Of a stretch of 64,000 nt of DNA, positions 58,086 through 64,000 are shown in pieces (position 1 is the first letter of the stretch; each line of letters starts with the position of its first letter). The stretch is from Hyphomicrobiales bacterium (GTDB taxonomy: Bacteria; Pseudomonadota; Alphaproteobacteria; Rhizobiales; Xanthobacteraceae). The stretch lies in contig JBEPUC010000018.1 of the NCBI GenBank assembly GCA_041691675.1, positions 1,363-65,362 on the forward strand, read 5' to 3'. The position numbers and the translations under genes are program-made. Under the pieces are notes generated by a model. It was given only the letters and a program-made list of their open reading frames with translations. It had not been told where the DNA came from and ran no database searches.

Positions 58086-58856
58086 TTATCGGGCGTTCGC
58101 CGCAATCTGCGCCTTGACCTTGACGAGCATGGCCTCGACCGCCGCTTGAACCTCGGCGAGCCGCGCGGCATCGCGCGAGCGCACCACGATATTGGTGTTC
58201 GGCCCCGATTTCTCGTCGATGAAAGGATAGCTGCCGATGATCGTGTCGGGAAACGCTTTCGCGACCAGGCCCAGTTCGGTGCCGACGTCGCCTTCCTTGG
58301 CATCGGCGCGAATGGATGCGGACAGCATCTTGACGCCGGTCTTGAGCTTCGGCGCGACCTCGTCGAGCATCGCCTGCATGATCGACGGCACGCCGGCCAT
58401 CGTGATGACATTGCCGATCCAGAAGCCCGGCGCGCCGGACACCTTGTTGGCCACCAGCGCCGCGCCGTCGGGAATGCGGGTCATGCGCATGCGGGCTTCG
58501 TTGAGTTCGCCGCCGAACTTGGCGACGCGTTCCTTCATGATCGCGACCGCTTCCGGATGATAGCCGATCGACACGCCGAACGCCTTGGCGATGCAATCGG
58601 CTGTGATGTCGTCATGCGTCGGGCCGATGCCGCCGGTGGTGAAGACATAGGTATATCTTGCACGCAGCGCGTTGAGCGCGGTGACGACCTCGACCTCTTC
58701 ATCCGGCACGACCCGGACTTCCTTCACGTCGATGCCGATGGCGGTCATGTATTCGGCGATGTAGCCGATGTTCTTGTCCTTGGTCCGCCCCGATAAAATC
58801 TCGTCCCCGATTACCAGAATGGCGGCGGTGACGATCTCGGATGGCGCTGAGGACAT
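58086..58856 (-). CDS. CinA-like molybdopterin-binding protein
   Basis: [26 protein letters not shown] and MAGVP. Confidence 0.9.
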   Translation of the reverse strand: MSSAPSEIVTAAILVIGDEILSGRTKDKNIGYIAEYMTAIGIDVKEVRVVPDEEVEVVTALNALRARYTYVFTTGGIGPTHDDITADCIAKAFGVSIGYHPEAVAIMKERVAKFGGELNEARMRMTRIPDGAALVANKVSGAPGFWIGNVITMAGVPSIMQAMLDEVAPKLKTGVKMLSASIRADAKEGDVGTELGLVAKAFPDTIIGSYPFIDEKSGPNTNIVVRSRDAARLAEVQAAVEAMLVKVKAQIAANAR

Positions 58857-59111
58857 GGTGGGCTCTTTGGAATCTTGGGTTCGTGCGGAAACGGGCCGCC
58901 ACGGGTGCAAAGACGTAGCCTGCGAACGCTGCCGGCTCAAGCGTTCCCGAACAGCAGGATGGCCCGGACGCACCGCCTCCTGTCGCCACCATGCCGGCTG
59001 CGCGTCGCCACTGCCGAAATCATCTCAACTATATGTTTCTGCTGGTATTTTTGTCTGAACCTGAGGAATAGCTGCATGGGCTCAAGCGTCTCCTCCGCGC
59101 CAACCCACACG

Positions 59112-59200
59112 CCGCTCATTCCCGCAAAAGCGGGAATCCAGTACTTAACGTAAAGCCTGTGCTATCCGCCCCTTGCATTCGCTTTCGCGGGGACGAGCGG
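59112..59200. repeat. REP family A copy 3
   Basis: CCGCTCATTCCCGCAAAAGCGGGAATCCAG...TTCGCGGGGACGAGCGG. Confidence 0.75.
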
Positions 59201-59263
59201 AATTCAGCTTGAGCCGAGTGAAGAAGACACGCCTCAGCAAACGTCAAGAAGTAGAATTGAGCC

Positions 59264-60004
59264 ATGACCTATTGTTGCGGAATTCTCGTGCGTGGCGGCC
59301 TGGTGATGATCGCGGACACGCGCACCAATGCCGGGCTCGACAACGTCTCGACCTTCCGCAAATTGCACATATGGACCGAGCCGGGCGAGCGCATCTTGAC
59401 GCTCGCCTCCTCCGGCAACCTGTCGCTCAGCCAGACCGTGCGTTCGATGCTCGACGAAGGCATCGAAAGTCCGGAGACCGGCGAACTGGAAACGCTGATG
59501 AACGCGCCGACCATGTTCAAGGCGGCGCAGCGCATCGGCAATGCCGTGCGGCAGATTCAGGCAATCGACGGCAAGGCGCTGGCCGCGGCCGACATCGACC
59601 ACGAAGTCGCGTTCCTGTTCGGCGGCCAGATCAAGGGCGAGCCGCTGCGGCTGTTCATGATCTACTCGGCCGGCAACTTCATCGAATGCACCACCGACAC
59701 GCCGTACCTCCAGATCGGCGAACATAAATACGGCAAGCCGGTCCTGGACCGCGCCATTTCCTTCGACACCGATATTTACGACGCGCTCAAGATCGGCCTG
59801 ATCTCGATGGACTCGACCATGCGCTCCAATCTCGGCGTCGGCCTGCCGATCGATCTGGTCGTGGTGCGGCGCGATGCCTGCGAGTCCGAGGTGAATTACC
59901 GGATCGAGCCCGGCGAGCCGTATTTCCAGGATTTGCGCGAACGCTGGTCGACGGCGCTACGCGCAGCCCATATCGCCATCCCGCGGCCGCCTTACCGCAC
60001 ATAA
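59264..60004 (+). CDS. Proteasome-type protease (Anbu)
   Basis: MTYC N-terminal Thr, DTRTNAGLDN, QIGEHKYGKP and STMRSN. Confidence 0.9.
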   Translation: MTYCCGILVRGGLVMIADTRTNAGLDNVSTFRKLHIWTEPGERILTLASSGNLSLSQTVRSMLDEGIESPETGELETLMNAPTMFKAAQRIGNAVRQIQAIDGKALAAADIDHEVAFLFGGQIKGEPLRLFMIYSAGNFIECTTDTPYLQIGEHKYGKPVLDRAISFDTDIYDALKIGLISMDSTMRSNLGVGLPIDLVVVRRDACESEVNYRIEPGEPYFQDLRERWSTALRAAHIAIPRPPYRT

Positions 60005-60232
60005 GCGAAAGTTCCGCCCCCATCGGAATCTTTTCGCCCTCCGAAAGACATTCCCGGATTTCAGCGTGCAAAAGCGGGACGGTTTTTACCGGCCGTTAAG
60101 GCCGCTCGCCAAATTGCGACCGGCCGGCGCGCAGTGAGGCAAAAAACGCCGAAACGAAAGCGATTGGCAAGCTTTGCGCCTTAATCTCCGAGCCGAAAAG
60201 TCCAATGAACAGGACGCGTTAGGGGAACAGTT

Positions 60233-62506
60233 TTGTCAGCAACGACTCGCCCGCGCGTCTCGGAGCAGCATCCCTTCAGCAGTTGGGATCGGGCCCGGCT
60301 GAGCGTCGTCGTTCCGATCGGCGTCATCGTCGCCGTTGCGATCATCTGCATTGTCGTTGCCGTGCTGTCCTCGGCCCAGCGCGCCGACGAAGTGGCCGTC
60401 GGTCACGAACGGCAATTGTTGTCCGCCGCGCTTGCCAACTACGGCCGCCGTGTCTTGAACGAAGTCGACAACGTCGCCTCGTCGCCGGGCGCGCGCCAGA
60501 ATATCCGCCGCGCATTCGACCCCGCCTGGGTCGATCAGCGCGCCCGCGCATGGCTCTCCGCCTATTTCAAGCACGATTATATTTTCGTTTTCGACGCCAA
60601 CAACCAGCCTATCTATTCAAAGATCGCCGGCTCCGGCGGCGACGCAATAAAGTTCGCGCAGGTGCAGCTTGAGTTGAGCGAAATGCTCGACTTCATGCGT
60701 GGCCGCAATCCGAAAATGGCCGGCGCGATCCGTCTCGGCCGCGTCGGGCTCACCGAAGCCGGTGCGCACGCGCAGGCCGTCGTGATCCGCAGCCTGATGG
60801 GCCAACCGGCGGCCATTGCCGGCGTCGCGGTTGGCTCCGGTGACGGCCGGCCCGCCTCGATCGACGCGGCCGCGCCGATCATGCTGTCGGTGAAATACAT
60901 CAACGCCGAAGCCCTCCACGGAATCGCCGCGCGTCTGGGCCTGACCAACCTGCGCGCGGTCGGCAGCGCGGTGTTGCCGCCGGGCGATTTCGCCTACGAC
61001 CTGATTGCTCCGAACGGCGGCCGCATCGCGCGCTTTGCCTGGACGCCGAAACAACCCGGCGCCGAAATCGTCCACAGCGTCGTCCCCTTCATCGCGGTCG
61101 CGCTCGCCGGCTTCGCCCTGCTCGCGGCCTTCGTCCTGCGCTACATGCGCCGCACCGCGGTCGCCATCGCCGCCGGTGAAGGCCGGCTGCGCCATCTGGC
61201 CATGCACGATCCGCTGTGCGGCCTGCCCAACCGTATCTTCTTCGGCGAGCGGCTTGAGGCGGTGATCGATCAAGTCCGCCACAGCAACGTTCCGGCCGCG
61301 GTTTTCTACATCGACCTCGATCACTTCAAGGACGTCAACGACACGCTCGGTCATCCGGTCGGCGACGATCTGATCCGCAACGTCACGCTGCGGCTGTCGC
61401 AGACATTGCGCGGCGGCGATCTGGTGGCGCGGCTCGGCGGCGACGAATTCGCCGTGATCTCGTCGATCGGCGGTGACGCGACGAAAATGATGGCGCTGGC
61501 GCAGCGCATCATCGACGCGATCTGCGCCATCTACAATATCGGCGGCCAGAACATCGTCATCGGCGCCTCGATCGGCATCGCGGTCATCGACCGCGATTGC
61601 GCCGGCTCCGCCGACATCATGCGCTATGCCGACATGGCGCTCTACCGCGCCAAGAGCGAGGGCCGCAATCGCGCCTGCATCTATGACGCGGCGATGGATG
61701 CCGATCTTTCCAAGCGCAAGCTGCTCGAGGGCGACTTGCGCAGCGCTATCGACAACGACGAATTGCAGCTTCTGTACCAGCCGATCGTCAACAAGAGTGG
61801 CGACACCGTTCTCGGCGTCGAGGCGCTCTGCCGCTGGACGCATCCGACCCGTGGCGAGATTTCGCCGGTGGAATTCATTGCCATCGCCGAGCATTCCGGC
61901 CTGATCGTCGAACTTGGCGCCTGGGTGCTGCGCCGCGCCCTGATCGACGGCAAGGCCTGGCCGAGCCTGACGGTGGCGGTCAACGTCTCGCCGCTGCAAT
62001 TCCGCCGCGCCGATTTTGCCGAACTGGTCGAGCGCATGTTGGCCGAGACCGAATTCGATCCGTCGCGTCTCGAACTCGAACTGACCGAAAGCGTGCTGCT
62101 CGGCAACATCGACACCGCCGAGGCCGGTATGCTGCGGCTCAAGGCGTTGGGCGTGCGGCTCGCGCTCGACGATTTTGGCACCGGCTATTCGAGCCTGCTG
62201 TATCTGCGCCGTTTTCCGTTCGACAAGCTCAAGATCGACCGCAGCTTCGTACTCTCGATTGAAAAGGCCGCCGACGCCGCTGCCATCGTGCATGCGGTCG
62301 TGAGCCTCGGCCGCGGTCTCGGCATGAAGGTGACGGCAGAAGGCGTCGAGACCGCCGATCAGCATTTGTTTTTGCGCGCGGCCGGCGTGCATTTCATGCA
62401 GGGCTTCCGCTTCGGCAAGCCGACGACGCCGGAAATGATTGCCGCCCGGCTGGCCGCGCCCGAACAATTCCAGCCCATCGATCAAGACGTGGCGCTCGCC
62501 GGCTAA
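60233..62506 (+). CDS. Membrane diguanylate cyclase/phosphodiesterase (CHASE4-like, GGDEF, EAL)
   Basis: Two TM segments; HDPLCGLPNR, RLGGDEF, VEAL and DDFGTGYSS. Confidence 0.92.
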   Translation: MSATTRPRVSEQHPFSSWDRARLSVVVPIGVIVAVAIICIVVAVLSSAQRADEVAVGHERQLLSAALANYGRRVLNEVDNVASSPGARQNIRRAFDPAWVDQRARAWLSAYFKHDYIFVFDANNQPIYSKIAGSGGDAIKFAQVQLELSEMLDFMRGRNPKMAGAIRLGRVGLTEAGAHAQAVVIRSLMGQPAAIAGVAVGSGDGRPASIDAAAPIMLSVKYINAEALHGIAARLGLTNLRAVGSAVLPPGDFAYDLIAPNGGRIARFAWTPKQPGAEIVHSVVPFIAVALAGFALLAAFVLRYMRRTAVAIAAGEGRLRHLAMHDPLCGLPNRIFFGERLEAVIDQVRHSNVPAAVFYIDLDHFKDVNDTLGHPVGDDLIRNVTLRLSQTLRGGDLVARLGGDEFAVISSIGGDATKMMALAQRIIDAICAIYNIGGQNIVIGASIGIAVIDRDCAGSADIMRYADMALYRAKSEGRNRACIYDAAMDADLSKRKLLEGDLRSAIDNDELQLLYQPIVNKSGDTVLGVEALCRWTHPTRGEISPVEFIAIAEHSGLIVELGAWVLRRALIDGKAWPSLTVAVNVSPLQFRRADFAELVERMLAETEFDPSRLELELTESVLLGNIDTAEAGMLRLKALGVRLALDDFGTGYSSLLYLRRFPFDKLKIDRSFVLSIEKAADAAAIVHAVVSLGRGLGMKVTAEGVETADQHLFLRAAGVHFMQGFRFGKPTTPEMIAARLAAPEQFQPIDQDVALAG

Positions 62507-62609
62507 AGCGTTTTCGAGCGAAGTGGATACCGGCCTTCGCCGGCCATAGCCGGCTTCGTCCGGCGACGGCCGGTTCGCGTGAAGTCCATCAAAGCCGGAA
62601 AGGCTTTAG
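62503..62609. repeat. MITE-like repeat family B copy 3 (internally rearranged)
   Basis: Same termini as the 34188 copy, with an inserted palindromic segment. Confidence 0.75.
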
Positions 62610-62719
62610 AGCCCTCCCCGGCGCGGCGCAAAGCGCGCCGGGACGGATGGCTTGGACGCCGTTTATTTGATATGGCCTTCCCACAACAAACGTAACGGGG
62701 CATCAGGGAAGGATCTCCA

Positions 62720-63478
62720 ATGACTGCAAAAATCGCGCTGGTGACCGGAGCCGGATCGGGCGTCGGCCGCGCCGTTTCAATCGCGCTGGCCAAGGCCGGC
62801 TATAACCTCGTTCTTGCCGGCCGCCGCAAAGAGCCGCTCGATGCTGTCGGCGCAGAAATCAACGCCGTCGGCCAGCAATCGCTATCGGTGCCGACCGATG
62901 TGTCGAAGCGCGACGACATCCTGGCGCTTTTTGCCAAAGTGAAATCGAGCTTCGGCCGGCTCGACGTCCTGTTCAACAATGCCGGCATGGGCGCGCCGCC
63001 GGTGCCGATCGAGGATCTGCCGTTCGAGACCTGGCAGCAGGTCGTCGCCACCAATCTCACCGGCATCTTCCTGTGTACGCAGGAAGCCATCAAGATCATG
63101 AAAGACCAGAAGCCGCAGGGCGGCCGCATCATCAACAACGGCTCGATCTCGGCGCACGCGCCGCGGCCGTTCTCGATCGCTTATACATCGACCAAGCACG
63201 CCGTCACCGGCCTCACCAAGTCGACCTCGCTCGATACCCGCAAGTACAACATCTGCTGCGGCCAGGTCGATATTGGCAACGCCGCGACGCCGATGACGGA
63301 TCGCATGGTGGTCGGCGAAGGCGTGCCGCAGCCCAACGGCACCAAGATGATCGAGCCGCGCATGGACGCGATGAACGTCGGCAACGCCGTGGTCTACATG
63401 GCAAGCCTGCCGCTCGACGCCAACGTGCTGTTCATGACGGTGATGGCCAACACCATGCCGTTCGTCGGCCGCGGCTGA
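62720..63478 (+). CDS. Short-chain dehydrogenase/reductase
   Basis: [18 protein letters not shown] and YTSTK. Confidence 0.92.
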   Translation: MTAKIALVTGAGSGVGRAVSIALAKAGYNLVLAGRRKEPLDAVGAEINAVGQQSLSVPTDVSKRDDILALFAKVKSSFGRLDVLFNNAGMGAPPVPIEDLPFETWQQVVATNLTGIFLCTQEAIKIMKDQKPQGGRIINNGSISAHAPRPFSIAYTSTKHAVTGLTKSTSLDTRKYNICCGQVDIGNAATPMTDRMVVGEGVPQPNGTKMIEPRMDAMNVGNAVVYMASLPLDANVLFMTVMANTMPFVGRG

Positions 63479-63555
63479 TTGCACGGCACTGCCGCTGGTT
63501 ATCGATATTCGCGATGCCCGGGGACCTGATGCGCAAGCAGCAGGTCCCCGGCTTG

Positions 63556-63963
63556 CTACAGCTTCTTTTTCTTCCTGAGCGTCTTGGCCGCTTTCGTCGT
63601 TTTCGTCGTTTTCGTCTTTTTCTTGGCCTTTGGTTTCGTCGTTAGTTTGGGCTTAGCTTTCGACTTGGCCTTCGGTTTAACCCTTGGCTTAGTCTCGGCC
63701 TTGTTGCCGTAAATCGCGTTCCAGTTGTCCTTGTAGGCCTGCGTGACTGCCTTTTGACCCTCGCCGCGGCTATAGTTTTTCGGCGCCGCCGACTTGTCTG
63801 CTTCGGGCTTGGCATCGCCCGCGGCGTCTTTGGCGGTCTCCTTGACCGCTTCTTTGGGCGTCTCCGTCGGCGCGACAGCGGCCTTCGTGACCGGGGCCTC
63901 TTTCTTGGCGACACCCTCGGTCTTCGGCGCCGTTTCGGCTTTGGTTTTCTTTTCGCTCGCCAT
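63556..63963 (-). CDS. Lys/Ala/Thr-rich hypothetical protein
   Basis: Low-complexity basic tail around an NYSRGEGQKAVTQAYKDNWNAIYG core. Confidence 0.65.
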   Translation of the reverse strand: MASEKKTKAETAPKTEGVAKKEAPVTKAAVAPTETPKEAVKETAKDAAGDAKPEADKSAAPKNYSRGEGQKAVTQAYKDNWNAIYGNKAETKPRVKPKAKSKAKPKLTTKPKAKKKTKTTKTTKAAKTLRKKKKL

Positions 63964-64000
63964 CGTCATGTCCTGCCGTGCTGCATCCGGTGAAGTCGCA

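Overview
GC-rich Hyphomicrobiales (alphaproteobacterial) chromosome segment. Ordinary core genes occupy both ends: 1-16.3 kb (otsA/otsB, nitroreductase, flavin reductase, patatin, CBS, rhomboid, PAS, PilZ, BTLCP, gamma-CA, cysE, short MetE) and 55.9-64 kb (cupin, TctC, gpt, CinA-like, Anbu, GGDEF/EAL, SDR). Between them lies an ~18 kb copper/iron region (csoR-copA, FtrA/FtrB-like pair, CusF/cupredoxin/multicopper oxidase/TolC, DmeF, FixH-CusB-CusA, Csp) and two integrative elements stacked on one tRNA-Leu(TAA) gene (41963-42049, minus strand). Element 1 (34771-41979) is bounded by a 19-bp repeat of the tRNA 3' end. It is a decayed satellite-like island with an intact DUF6538 tyrosine integrase, a second integrase stub, a trypsin-like protease, and primase-helicase and HsdR fragments. 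Element 2 (42009-55896, ~13.9 kb, visibly lower GC) is bounded by a 41-bp repeat of the tRNA 5' half, so the intact tRNA now sits behind element DNA. It mixes mobilisation genes (VirD4/TraD-like ATPase with a DnaJ-CTD-like tail, Replic_Relax relaxase, CCHC zinc-knuckle protein, ArdC) with phage-like genes (SSB-like, M23 lysin fragment, holin-like, RHH switch). It also holds an unannotated ~480-nt densely base-paired region (50911-51391) with its own promoter, which is the best candidate here for an undescribed large ncRNA. Family names are from motif recognition only; no searches or folding programs were run.
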